64,000 nucleotides of DNA from a virus (Duplodnaviria; Caudoviricetes). The DNA lies in IMG/VR virus record IMGVR_UViG_3300042154_002208. One strand, 5' to 3'. Shown here piece after piece: positions 54,778 to 63,948 of this stretch; positions within the stretch are counted from its first letter, which is position 1; every line of letters begins with the position of its first letter. The notes beneath the pieces were generated by a model. It was not told the DNA's origin. It did no database searches and was given only the letters and a program-made list of their open reading frames with translations. The position numbers and the translations under genes are program-made.

Positions 54778-55061
54778 ACGAAGATGATGTAAAACGAGAG
54801 GTTGAGTTTATGCTCAACAATCGTAAACAACAAAAACAATGGATGGAGAAAGAATTCGGGCAATGGGTATACTTTGATACTGCGGATGGTAAGATTATTG
54901 GAGCAGTCTATACTGTCGGTACTAAAACAGGTATCTGGGGTGGTCGTGTATACTTGGAGAACAATATGGAAAAAACGCTTGGTCAGTTTATTGATTCCGA
55001 TTGGGCCCGTAAGGGTGTAGAGCGATACTGGGAAATTGATGGACGTACTCTACTGGAGTAA
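54774..55061 (+). CDS. Conserved phage hypothetical protein
   Basis: YFDTADGKIIG.V...LGQFIDSDWARKGVERYW. Confidence 0.7.
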   Translation: MNEDDVKREVEFMLNNRKQQKQWMEKEFGQWVYFDTADGKIIGAVYTVGTKTGIWGGRVYLENNMEKTLGQFIDSDWARKGVERYWEIDGRTLLE

Positions 55062-55064
55062 TTG

Positions 55065-55316
55065 ATGAACGATTTAAAATTTACTACCGCAGGAAATTAT
55101 ATGGATACTAAATTTGAAGACCTGATGTATCGGTCGGGTCTAACTGCCTCTGGTTGTTGGGATCAGCTAGACGAGTATGATCGTAAAGCTATTGAGAAAT
55201 TTGGTGAGTTAATCGTTAGAGAATGTGTCGAGGTTGCTATAGATAATGGATGCGGAGATTTTGTAGATATCGAGCAATTACTATTAGAACATTTCGAAGT
55301 TAGCCGTGATATTTGA
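55065..55316 (+). CDS. Conserved phage hypothetical protein (EKF.ELIV family)
   Basis: LMYRSGLTASGCWD...IEKFGELIVREC...EHF. Confidence 0.75.
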   Translation: MNDLKFTTAGNYMDTKFEDLMYRSGLTASGCWDQLDEYDRKAIEKFGELIVRECVEVAIDNGCGDFVDIEQLLLEHFEVSRDI

Positions 55317-55443
55317 CCTTATTATAAAACTATTGGGAACTGCGTTTATGACAGCAGTGTTATCCTTTTGGGGATTGATACTGATTGTTATTGTATATTG
55401 GATTATATACTGGATAATTAAACTTTGGAGTTACTTATTATGA
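55306..55443 (+). CDS. 45-aa hydrophobic peptide (GTG start)
   Basis: Fills the gap between two genes; very hydrophobic. Confidence 0.4.
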   Translation: MIFDLIIKLLGTAFMTAVLSFWGLILIVIVYWIIYWIIKLWSYLL

Positions 55444-55646
55444 ATGAAAAAATTAAAAATTACGCAAAGCAATCGGGGCTTGATGTATATGGTCTTGGCA
55501 CAGACTATGCTAAATGGAACGATGTGCTGGAAAAATTTGCCGAGTTGATTATTGATGATGTATGTGACGATATGATGTCTCTCGAACCTATGTATCCCGC
55601 GAACATCGTTGCTTTGAAGATTCGACAAAAGTACGGAGTAAAATAA
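55440..55646 (+). CDS. Conserved phage hypothetical protein (EKF.ELI family)
   Basis: MNEKIKNYAKQSG...LEKFAELII. Confidence 0.75.
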   Translation: MNEKIKNYAKQSGLDVYGLGTDYAKWNDVLEKFAELIIDDVCDDMMSLEPMYPANIVALKIRQKYGVK

Positions 55647-55942
55647 TGAACAACTATCTGATACGCTTTAATACGAAACACAACGGCTCAAAATTAGTAT
55701 GGCGAGTGTTTGAAAACGGCACAGAGAATCTGGTCGAGAATATCGACATACGTGTTCCGGTCTTTACCGAAACTTCTCGGGAAGCGGGTGAAACCAAATG
55801 GAATATCTCTTGTTCTGGCGAAATGCGGATTGTCGATGATGTAGCTTATATTAGAGACAGTTTTGTTGAGGATCGGAATCTCGGGGCTCTAGATCTAGAT
55901 CTAGATCAATATGATGATCCTGCTTGGCATGGTAAGCAGTAG
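55646..55942 (+). CDS. Hypothetical protein
   Basis: YLIRFNTKH..SKLVWRVFENG.E.LV. Confidence 0.7.
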   Translation: MNNYLIRFNTKHNGSKLVWRVFENGTENLVENIDIRVPVFTETSREAGETKWNISCSGEMRIVDDVAYIRDSFVEDRNLGALDLDLDQYDDPAWHGKQ

Positions 55943-55981
55943 GATTTCGGCCGTTGAAAAAACCGGGAAATAGGGGAACTT

Positions 55982-56146
55982 ATGAGTATCTTTAGACATA
56001 TGTATTATGCGATTCGATATGGTAAATGGGAATGGGGATTTGACAACCATTCTGATAGATATCGTTTTGGCTTTAAACATAGTTATTACGACGGTGACTG
56101 GGTTACGATCTGGTTTTTTAAATTTTATATTGCGGTAAACTACTAA
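55982..56146 (+). CDS. 54-aa aromatic-rich hypothetical protein
   Basis: GGGGA RBS; TAATG coupling to the HAD gene. Confidence 0.55.
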   Translation: MSIFRHMYYAIRYGKWEWGFDNHSDRYRFGFKHSYYDGDWVTIWFFKFYIAVNY

Positions 56147-56457
56147 TGAATATCTCACTTGATTACGATGACACTTATACCAGAGACCGATATCTTTGGA
56201 ACGGATTTATTAAACTTGCCAAAGCCTCTGGGCACAATGTATATTGTGTCACGATGCGATCCAATGCAGAGGGTGACGAAGTACGAAATCAATTGGGACC
56301 CATGGTTGATGGTATTATCTTTACTGCTCGCAAGGCCAAAAAAGAAGCATGCTATAAATTGGGAATACATATAGATGTGTGGATTGATGACATGCCCCTA
56401 TTTGTCATTAAGGATGCACCGCCAGACCCATACTACGATGCCTCATTGGGAGATTGA
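56146..56457 (+). CDS. HAD-superfamily hydrolase-like protein
   Basis: SLDYDDTY motif I, VTMR, VWIDD. Confidence 0.8.
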   Translation: MNISLDYDDTYTRDRYLWNGFIKLAKASGHNVYCVTMRSNAEGDEVRNQLGPMVDGIIFTARKAKKEACYKLGIHIDVWIDDMPLFVIKDAPPDPYYDASLGD

Positions 56458-56485
56458 TATATAACACATACTATGGAGATTCAAT

Positions 56486-56737
56486 ATGTCAAAAGAAGAA
56501 GATCGTTTTAAACATTCTAAACGAATTTACCAAAAAGAGACCAAAATACATAAGCAAGAAGTTATTGCTAAAACATTTGGAATCCCTGTTAAAGAACCGC
56601 ATAAATTTAATAAACACCATGCCATGGCTTGCGGAAATCCAAATTGTGTAATGTGCGCAAATCCCAGAAAAACATTTGGTGAGCTAACATACCAAGAACA
56701 AAAATTATATCAACATGACAAGGAAATTGAATTATGA
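56486..56737 (+). CDS. Conserved basic hypothetical protein with Zn motif
   Basis: KHHAMACGNPNCVMCANPRK. Confidence 0.7.
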   Translation: MSKEEDRFKHSKRIYQKETKIHKQEVIAKTFGIPVKEPHKFNKHHAMACGNPNCVMCANPRKTFGELTYQEQKLYQHDKEIEL

Positions 56738-56943
56738 GTACAACCTATGATATTGAAAAATACGGTCACGAAATGACGTCTCCGTATAATGATGGATACA
56801 CTGCTTTCCATTACAAACAACAAATCATGCAAACTTTATGGGAATGTCAATATTGGTTGTCCAAATCTCCCACATTTGCCGGTGAAGATGAGTGGATTGC
56901 CGAAAATAAACCAAAAAAATTGGATAACCTCAGTACAATTTAA
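56734..56943 (+). CDS. Hypothetical protein
   Basis: SPYNDGYTAF..KQ...P.F.GE.EW. Confidence 0.65.
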   Translation: MSTTYDIEKYGHEMTSPYNDGYTAFHYKQQIMQTLWECQYWLSKSPTFAGEDEWIAENKPKKLDNLSTI

Positions 56944-56967
56944 ATAAAAAGATGTTATAATAGTAAC

Positions 56968-57147
56968 ATGGAAGATAAACAATCTATAAAAGAATTGTTA
57001 GAAGAAATCCATTTCGCACTCACTAAAGATAGAATTTTAGTACGTAAGAAATGGGTATGCAGACTACTAAGTCCCGATAACTATAACCACCTAATTCCTA
57101 AATTGGAAAAAGCAATCGAACAACTTGAGAAAGAAAGTAAAAAATGA
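56968..57147 (+). CDS. 59-aa hypothetical protein, apparently leaderless
   Basis: TGTTATAAT (-10 at 56956-61) 6 nt upstream of ATG, no SD; ATGA overlap with the next gene. Confidence 0.55.
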   Translation: MEDKQSIKELLEEIHFALTKDRILVRKKWVCRLLSPDNYNHLIPKLEKAIEQLEKESKK

Positions 57148-57611
57148 TGGAAGAAGACGACGAGCAATATACAGACTTTGATATTAATTACGACAATGTG
57201 ATTGCCAGCAAAGAATGTTTATCTATGACACGTATTCTTGCTGCAGATTTGAAAGCCAACCCATATATGACGGTTGGGGATTTTCTAATGAATATTTCCA
57301 AAAGTGATTTGGCAATTCTTAGTGATATCGTTGAACAACATATGGGGTTTGACGAAGACGATGAAGTGACCGACGAGCGAATGGCAGACTTTGTTCTTAT
57401 GACAGAAATGCTTTCTCGTGCAGAAGGTTTAATATCTGAAGATGACGATGACCTAACACGAAAAATTAGTCAATTCATGATAATGGTTACAATGGAGAAC
57501 CTTTATCGAAAAGGACTGATTAAGTTGTACCATGAAAATATGTCATTTGGTAAAGATGTAGAACATAGAATTGTTGCAGAAAAAATTAAAGGTGCGGGGG
57601 ATGAGGATTAA
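57144..57611 (+). CDS. Acidic hypothetical protein
   Basis: 155-aa ORF in operon. Confidence 0.7.
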   Translation: MMEEDDEQYTDFDINYDNVIASKECLSMTRILAADLKANPYMTVGDFLMNISKSDLAILSDIVEQHMGFDEDDEVTDERMADFVLMTEMLSRAEGLISEDDDDLTRKISQFMIMVTMENLYRKGLIKLYHENMSFGKDVEHRIVAEKIKGAGDED

Positions 57612-58431
57612 TATAGCGTCTGATATTCATTTAGAATTCGGACCAATTGAAATTAAAAATACAGAGAGGGCAGATGTCCTTATTCTGTCTGGTGATATTT
57701 GTGTTGCGATTGATGTAATGCATAAAGATGATTTAGATAACAAGTCTAGAAAGATTCACGATTTCTTTGAAATGTGTTCTAAAGAATATAAAAATGTAAT
57801 TTATATTGTTGGTAATCATGAACATTATAATGGCGACTTTCAACAAACAATTCCTCATCTAAAAAGATCCTTTGAGTATTTGGATAATCTACATATTCTC
57901 GATAAAGAAATTGTTACTATCGAAGATGTTACATTTATCGGCGGAACCTTGTGGACTGATATGAATAAAGAAGATCCATCAACCCTAATTAGTATTAGTG
58001 GTATGATGAATGACTTTATAAAAGTGTCTAATGGTAAATTAGATAATAATTCTAATAAACCATATTATCGTATTAGCAGATTAAAACCTGACGATGTAGT
58101 AGTTGACCATAAAGAACTGTTGGAATATATTCGAACAATCGTTAAAGGTAAATCCGATCAAAAGTTTGTAGTTGTTGGTCATCATGCACCAAGCAAGTTA
58201 TCTACAAAACCAAGATATCAAGATGATTATCTTATGAATGGTGCATATTCATCTGATCTATCAGAATTCATTTTAGATCATCCGCAAATTAAAATGTGGA
58301 CACACGGACACACGCATGATACTTTCGATTATCTTGTGGGTAGTACTAGAGTAGTTTGTAATCCGAGGGGATATGTTAATTATGAGCAAAGAGCTGATGA
58401 TTTTGATCCCAATATTATTTTTGAAGTTTAA
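57601..58431 (+). CDS. Calcineurin-like metallophosphoesterase
   Basis: SDIHLE, GDI, GNHEHY, GHHAP, HGHTH, NPRGY. Confidence 0.92.
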   Translation: MRINIASDIHLEFGPIEIKNTERADVLILSGDICVAIDVMHKDDLDNKSRKIHDFFEMCSKEYKNVIYIVGNHEHYNGDFQQTIPHLKRSFEYLDNLHILDKEIVTIEDVTFIGGTLWTDMNKEDPSTLISISGMMNDFIKVSNGKLDNNSNKPYYRISRLKPDDVVVDHKELLEYIRTIVKGKSDQKFVVVGHHAPSKLSTKPRYQDDYLMNGAYSSDLSEFILDHPQIKMWTHGHTHDTFDYLVGSTRVVCNPRGYVNYEQRADDFDPNIIFEV

Positions 58432-58443
58432 GGAGTTTATATT

Positions 58444-58719
58444 ATGAGTAAAGTTGAGCAATATTCGCGTCCATGGGTAACATTTAATCCAACCGATAAA
58501 ACACACCGTGAAATTTTCCATACAGCATTAAAACATAATACGTGGGGAAAATCCCCTGTTCGGTTTTGGCTAGAAGGAGAAACATCTAGTTTAATGGATC
58601 AATGTACTCAAAAAATGGCCAGATATTATATGGAACAAGAATTTGGTAGAATCAAAGATAAAACGATTGCAGATGAAATTAATGTTATTAATCAATATCG
58701 ATATGTTTCTACAGCATAA
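58444..58719 (+). CDS. Hypothetical protein
   Basis: AGGAG RBS; RPWVTFNP..K.HR...WGKSPVRF. Confidence 0.7.
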   Translation: MSKVEQYSRPWVTFNPTDKTHREIFHTALKHNTWGKSPVRFWLEGETSSLMDQCTQKMARYYMEQEFGRIKDKTIADEINVINQYRYVSTA

Positions 58720-58730
58720 TACCCTTACGG

Positions 58731-58759
58731 TTGACAGGGTTACTAAAAGATGTTATAAT
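58731..58759 (+). promoter_or_regulatory. sigma70 promoter
   Basis: TTGACA-17-TATAAT. Confidence 0.85.
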
Positions 58760-58779
58760 ATAGCATGAAAAGGAAAAAT

Positions 58780-59085
58780 ATGACAGATACCGAAAAATAC
58801 ACAGGAGCATGGTACGCCTCTGCTTCAGACCAAGAACGCGATATATTTAAAAGTTGGATCAAGAGTCATCTTGCAATGGGTGAAATGAAAATTAAATTTA
58901 CCAAAAAAGATAACACGATTCGAGATATGCGTTGCACTCTCGGTGCAGGATATTTGCCTGTAACTGAAGAAAAAGAAATTAAACGAAAAGAAAACACAGA
59001 AGTACTTGCAGTGTGGGATATGGATAAAGGTGCATGGCGTGCTATTCGATATGAAACAATCAAAGAAATCCGCTTCGACATTTAA
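58780..59085 (+). CDS. WYL-like (SH3-fold) domain protein
   Basis: FTKKD.TIR.M.CTL...VWDMDKGAWRAIR. Confidence 0.7.
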   Translation: MTDTEKYTGAWYASASDQERDIFKSWIKSHLAMGEMKIKFTKKDNTIRDMRCTLGAGYLPVTEEKEIKRKENTEVLAVWDMDKGAWRAIRYETIKEIRFDI

Positions 59086-59188
59086 GCCAACAAAATTGAT
59101 TGAAAATAAACGCAAGTTTATTCCTGATCCGTTACTAAATAAACGTGATCTTAGAGAATTTAAAAAATTAGTAATTAAGGAAAAATAA
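59051..59188 (+). CDS. 45-aa basic peptide (uncertain)
   Basis: Fills the gap; TAATG coupling to 59188. Confidence 0.35.
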   Translation: MKQSKKSASTFKPTKLIENKRKFIPDPLLNKRDLREFKKLVIKEK

Positions 59189-60276
59189 TGGCACGTGTAT
59201 CACTTGACGCTGAACCTAGCATTGCTGTACTATCTCCAGAAGAAAATACTTATAATGTTCAATTGATGAGAATCATGAACTGGTATTCTGCTGAGAAAGC
59301 AAAAGCTGACGCTCGCAAGTATATGCGAGAATATGTCAAAGCTAAAATGCCAAGTGAGTTGAACACATTTGACCAGGTTAAAGATGTAAACATTGTAAAT
59401 ACATATGGTTGGATTTCTCGTATTATTATGCGCAATGGTAAAATATCAGATAAGCATGTGACAAAACTTACAGGTTATCTAAAAGATACTTTGGCTTCTA
59501 CGGTTTATATTCCAGAACCAGTACAACAAAAGGTTGTTGTATCTGCACCCAAGCCTTCAATCCAAGATGCAATGAAAGAAAAGATTTCAGAATACTTGGG
59601 TGAATTAGAAGGATCGTTTGATTCTGTAGTTAAGAATAAAGAAGACTTTTCGTTGTATAAAAATATGCAAGCGAATCAAATTCCAAAACCTTATGTTGCT
59701 GATATTCAAGAATGGTCCAAGCGTAAACTTCGCGAATATATTCAAGTATATGAAGGCAAGGATTCTCAGATTGTAGAAGGTTATTCTAATATTACAAAAC
59801 GAGACGTAAAAAGTATTGTAAAAATGCTTGCACAATTTATTGAAGATTGTGATAAATATTCAGAGTTCAAGAAAGCAAATCGTAAACCCCGAGCAGTTAA
59901 GGCAAAGCCTGCGAGTGTTCAAGTTAAGAATCTCAAGTATAAAAAAGAAGATACGGAGATAGGCATTACATCTGTGGATCCTGCAGAGATTATTGGCGCG
60001 CAACAAGTATGGGTGTTTAACAGTAAAACTCGTAAGTTGGCTCTGTATAAAACAGACTCGGCTATGGGTATTATTGTTAAAGGTTCTAGCTTTCAGAACT
60101 ACGATCCAGAAATGGGTTGCCAAAAGACTTTGCGTAAACCTGCAGATCAACTTAAAGATTTGATGGGTGCTACAAAGGTACAATTAAGAAAGTATATGGA
60201 TAGTGTAAATTCTAAAGCATCGCCTGCAAATGGCAGAATGAATGCTGATACATTAATCCTTCGAGTTATTAAATAA
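59188..60276 (+). CDS. Conserved T4-like phage hypothetical protein
   Basis: C-term SVDP..IIGA..VWVFN.K.RKL...KTLRKP motif. Confidence 0.75.
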   Translation: MARVSLDAEPSIAVLSPEENTYNVQLMRIMNWYSAEKAKADARKYMREYVKAKMPSELNTFDQVKDVNIVNTYGWISRIIMRNGKISDKHVTKLTGYLKDTLASTVYIPEPVQQKVVVSAPKPSIQDAMKEKISEYLGELEGSFDSVVKNKEDFSLYKNMQANQIPKPYVADIQEWSKRKLREYIQVYEGKDSQIVEGYSNITKRDVKSIVKMLAQFIEDCDKYSEFKKANRKPRAVKAKPASVQVKNLKYKKEDTEIGITSVDPAEIIGAQQVWVFNSKTRKLALYKTDSAMGIIVKGSSFQNYDPEMGCQKTLRKPADQLKDLMGATKVQLRKYMDSVNSKASPANGRMNADTLILRVIK

Positions 60277-60284
60277 GGTTTCAA

Positions 60285-61193
60285 ATGGCGTTAAAAATAT
60301 CATATTGCCAATTAATTAAGATTGTTCTTGCACAGATTGGCGGTAGTCCATTACAACAGGTTTATACCCAATTATCACAGGGCATGAAGCAAATATCTAC
60401 ACGAGGAATTATTCCTTCGGAGATTGCACAAATCAAAGCATTTATTGATCAGGTAACTACCACACTAAATGGAATATCGGGTGACGTAAATGCCATGCAA
60501 CAAATGGCTAATCAGTTTTTCTACAATCCAGTAGGAACGGTTACTACAGAAACTATAACACAGATTAATTTGCGGCTTGCTCAAATTACACAAGATCTCG
60601 GTGCCGGCCCGGTAGTTATATCTGGTAATGAGACTGAATATGCATATTTAAATAGTTTAAAAACTGAAATGACAAATTTTAAAACTCATAGTGATAGATT
60701 GTCAGGCCAAGCTGATCCCGAAGATGGTAAACCATTTGGTGGGTGTACGCTTGCAGATTTGTTGGGAGATGGATGTAGTCCGGCAGGTGATGTACCAGAT
60801 GTTGACCTTCAAGTTCTTGTAGATGGATTTAAATCTGGCGCTATTATTACCGGTGCAAAGAATGCACTGACTCAAGCAGTACTTGCTAATACTGGGGGTG
60901 CAGCATTAATTAGTGCGCTTGGAAATTTACAATCAACAGTTAATACTTTCAATACTACGGTGACTACCAAGATTAATAAACTTGCAATTAAACGAGCGGT
61001 CGAATCTTACGTAAATTATGTTGTTTTTAACTTATTAACAGGATGTAGCAACACGTTATTAAATGCAACACTAATACCTTCAGTAAAAGAAGCTATAACC
61101 CCGTATGCTCAATATATACAGAAACAACAACTTGATGCGGCTTTGGATGGCGCAACCGGTCAACCGTTTACAAATACTACACTCGCAACCTAA
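60285..61193 (+). CDS. Hypothetical helical protein
   Basis: 302-aa ORF, AAGG RBS. Confidence 0.7.
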   Translation: MALKISYCQLIKIVLAQIGGSPLQQVYTQLSQGMKQISTRGIIPSEIAQIKAFIDQVTTTLNGISGDVNAMQQMANQFFYNPVGTVTTETITQINLRLAQITQDLGAGPVVISGNETEYAYLNSLKTEMTNFKTHSDRLSGQADPEDGKPFGGCTLADLLGDGCSPAGDVPDVDLQVLVDGFKSGAIITGAKNALTQAVLANTGGAALISALGNLQSTVNTFNTTVTTKINKLAIKRAVESYVNYVVFNLLTGCSNTLLNATLIPSVKEAITPYAQYIQKQQLDAALDGATGQPFTNTTLAT

Positions 61194-61208
61194 ACAGAAA
61201 GATATATT

Positions 61209-62096
61209 ATGATTGTTGTTGATTACAGCCAAACGGCTATTTCAAATTTGATGGCAGAAATTGGCGGTAGAAAAGATATTGAAATTCAAGTGCCACTATT
61301 GCGTCACATGATTTTAAATTCAATTCGAGGTTACAAACAAAAATTCGGAAAAGAATATGGGCAGTTGGTTATTGCCGTAGACAATAGAAATTATTGGAGG
61401 AGACAAGAATTCCAATATTACAAAGCTGGCCGCAAAAAAGCTCGTGAGGATTCTGGTCTAGATTGGAAAACAATCTTTGAGGCTCTTGATCTAATCAGAA
61501 ATGAGATCGATAAGTTTTTCCCCTATAAGGTTGTTAACGTCGATGGCGCAGAAGCAGATGACGTTATTGCAGTTTTAGCAGAGTGGTCTCAGACAAATGA
61601 TTTTGCCGGTGGTGGAGTATTTGAAGATGATCCTAAACCGTTTCTAATTGTTTCCGGTGATCATGATTTCATTCAACTTCAAAAGTTTAAGAATGTCAAA
61701 CAATTTTCCCCGGTACAAAAGAAATATGTTAAACCTGAGATGTCACCTAAACAGTACATCTTTGAACATACAATTAAAGGCGATAAGGGGGACGGAGTAC
61801 CTAACGTATTGTCAGCGGATGATAGTATTGTTGCAGGTGAACGACAAAAACCAATTACAACTAAAAAATTAGAAGTGTGGTATAAAGATGCAACTACCAT
61901 GCCGCAGGATGATGAATTTAAAAATAGATTTGAGCGCAATCGCAAATTGGTTGACTTTACCTGCATCCCAGAAGAGATTAAAAATTCTATTATAAATAAC
62001 TACACAGGTCAGCCTGATAAAAACAAGAGTATGCTTTTGAACTTTTTCATTGAGCATAAAATGAAGAATATGTTGGAATTAATTGAGGAGTTCTGA
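61209..62096 (+). CDS. rnh: RNase H / 5'-3' exonuclease (T4 rnh)
   Basis: VDYSQ, YWRR..F.YYKA.RK, EADD.I, SGDHDF.QL, KGDKGDGVPN. Confidence 0.93.
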   Translation: MIVVDYSQTAISNLMAEIGGRKDIEIQVPLLRHMILNSIRGYKQKFGKEYGQLVIAVDNRNYWRRQEFQYYKAGRKKAREDSGLDWKTIFEALDLIRNEIDKFFPYKVVNVDGAEADDVIAVLAEWSQTNDFAGGGVFEDDPKPFLIVSGDHDFIQLQKFKNVKQFSPVQKKYVKPEMSPKQYIFEHTIKGDKGDGVPNVLSADDSIVAGERQKPITTKKLEVWYKDATTMPQDDEFKNRFERNRKLVDFTCIPEEIKNSIINNYTGQPDKNKSMLLNFFIEHKMKNMLELIEEF

Positions 62097-62608
62097 TGCG
62101 AACAACTATACCACAAATTTTCGAGGAAGTCGAAAAAACAAACGGCAAAGATAAAAAGATTGCTGTATTACGATCATACCATAGCCCACAGCTTGAGGGT
62201 GTTCTACAAATCAATTTTAACTCAGATGTTAAATTAGATTTACCAGAGGGTGAGCCACCATTCAAGAAAGATGAGAAAATTCCAATTGGATATTCTGAAA
62301 CAAACTTGTATGCAGAATTTAGACGTATGTATATTTGGCTAGAACCAAATATTAACCTATCCAAAATTAAAAAAGAACAACTGTTTGTTCAGATGCTTGA
62401 AGGTATTCATTGGACAGAGTCTGAAGTAATATGTTTAGCTAAAGATAAGGCTCTTGAAACTAGATATAAGACACTTACTGAAGATTTAGTTAGAGAAGCA
62501 TTTCCGAATATTCTTCCTCCTGCTAAACCAAAAACTGTTGTGGATATTATCCCAGTTCTCAAGAAAGAATCAAAAGCAAAAAAAGCCGCAGTCTCTTTGA
62601 AAGATTGA
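62096..62608 (+). CDS. Conserved T4-like hypothetical protein (DUF6433-like)
   Basis: LPEGEPPF...L..E.RR.Y....KKEQLFVQMLEGIH..E.EV....KDK. Confidence 0.7.
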   Translation: MRTTIPQIFEEVEKTNGKDKKIAVLRSYHSPQLEGVLQINFNSDVKLDLPEGEPPFKKDEKIPIGYSETNLYAEFRRMYIWLEPNINLSKIKKEQLFVQMLEGIHWTESEVICLAKDKALETRYKTLTEDLVREAFPNILPPAKPKTVVDIIPVLKKESKAKKAAVSLKD

Positions 62609-62742
62609 CTAGGTTCTTCAAACGAGACGAACCCGAACCAGTCGTAAGTAATTGGTTAGTTTCGGATGATATGCCAGATGACCCAATGTATGACAGTAGA
62701 ACGGTAAACCACCACAAATATCGAGCATTTGACAAATATTGA
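62605..62742 (+). CDS. 45-aa ORF (TTG start overlapping upstream TGA) or -1 frameshift extension
   Basis: Open -1 frame 62530-62742; TTGA overlap. Confidence 0.35.
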   Translation: MTRFFKRDEPEPVVSNWLVSDDMPDDPMYDSRTVNHHKYRAFDKY

Positions 62743-62757
62743 AAAAGATGTTATAAT
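62729..62757 (+). promoter_or_regulatory. sigma70 promoter
   Basis: TTGACA-17-TATAAT, then GGAG RBS. Confidence 0.85.
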
Positions 62758-62776
62758 ATAGTATGGGAGATTTAGT

Positions 62777-63172
62777 ATGACAATGCACATCGTTGGACCC
62801 TGGTTATCTACAACCGGAAAAAAGAAATCAAAAGTTAAATTTAAAAGTGCAGACGCGGCACGTAATGCTCGAGATCTTGCACAGGAGTGGTCTTCTATGA
62901 AAAAGAAGTGGGGCGTTGAGATTGATGATACAAAACGCAAACGTGCAATGGCGGCCGAGATATATTCCCCTCCGGTATCTTCTAATCCCCGAGGCGTTAC
63001 ACATAAAAATATTCAAAGTTTAAATGATAAAATAACAGGTGCGGTTTCTAGCAAGCCAGCATCCGTGTATACTGGAACAAAGGTTCTAGGTATTGGTACA
63101 ATGCACAAGTCTAATGCTGTCCCTATCTTTAGTGATGACGAGGCAAAAGAAATTTCTACAATGAGGCGATAA
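62777..63172 (+). CDS. Conserved phage hypothetical protein
   Basis: C-term YTG....GIGTMHKSNAVP motif. Confidence 0.75.
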   Translation: MTMHIVGPWLSTTGKKKSKVKFKSADAARNARDLAQEWSSMKKKWGVEIDDTKRKRAMAAEIYSPPVSSNPRGVTHKNIQSLNDKITGAVSSKPASVYTGTKVLGIGTMHKSNAVPIFSDDEAKEISTMRR

Positions 63173-63945
63173 TGAAAAAAATAGTTTTAGTCACAGGCGG
63201 ATTTGATCCTGTGCATTCTGGGCATATTGCATATTTTAAAGCAGCCAAAAAGTTAGGAGACTACTTGGTTGTAGGCGTAAACTCTGACGCATGGCTAACA
63301 CGTAAGAAAGGCGCACCGTTTATGCCAGTATGGGAGCGGGTTGCTTTATTACAAGAATTTAAATGTATCGATCAGGTTGTATTCTTTGATGATAATGCAG
63401 ATGCTGACGGAAGCGCCAAACACTTTATAAAAGAAACATTAGATATCTGGCCAGACTCTGAGGTTATCTTTGCTAATGGTGGGGATAGAACTGATAAGAA
63501 TATTCCAGAAATGGATATACAAAATCCTCGTCTAAGTTTTGCGTTTGGCGTAGGTGGTGAAGATAAAAAGAATTCTAGCTCTTGGATTTTGCAAGAATGG
63601 AAAGCTCCTAAGACCTCGCGCGCGTGGGGATATTATCGTGTTCTACATGAACAAGGTAAAGATGTTAAAGTAAAAGAATTAACGGTTGCTCCTGGCAAAT
63701 GTTTAAGTATGCAACGACATAAAGATCGAAGCGAGCATTGGTTTGTATCAGAAGGAACCGCTACGGTTTATACGTTAAATTGTAGCACAGATGTTGAACT
63801 AATTGGAACATTCAATAAATTTGAAAATCTCCATATTGGTAAAACAGAGTGGCATCAGCTTTGTAATGAAACTGAGTCACCATTGAAGATTGTCGAAATC
63901 CAGTATGGCGACAATTGTATTGAAGATGATATTGAAAGGAAATAA
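63172..63945 (+). CDS. Cytidylyltransferase (RfaE/HldE-II-like) fused to a mannose-6-phosphate isomerase type II-like cupin
   Basis: TGGFDPVHSGH, GVNSD, FANGGDR; C-term RAWGYY, LSMQRH..RSEHW, EIQYG...EDDIER. Confidence 0.85.
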   Translation: MKKIVLVTGGFDPVHSGHIAYFKAAKKLGDYLVVGVNSDAWLTRKKGAPFMPVWERVALLQEFKCIDQVVFFDDNADADGSAKHFIKETLDIWPDSEVIFANGGDRTDKNIPEMDIQNPRLSFAFGVGGEDKKNSSSWILQEWKAPKTSRAWGYYRVLHEQGKDVKVKELTVAPGKCLSMQRHKDRSEHWFVSEGTATVYTLNCSTDVELIGTFNKFENLHIGKTEWHQLCNETESPLKIVEIQYGDNCIEDDIERK

Positions 63946-63948
63946 ATT

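Noticed and set aside
55889-55907. (CTAGAT)3 microsatellite with GATC sites
   Set aside because: Encodes LDLDLD inside a CDS; no other structure.
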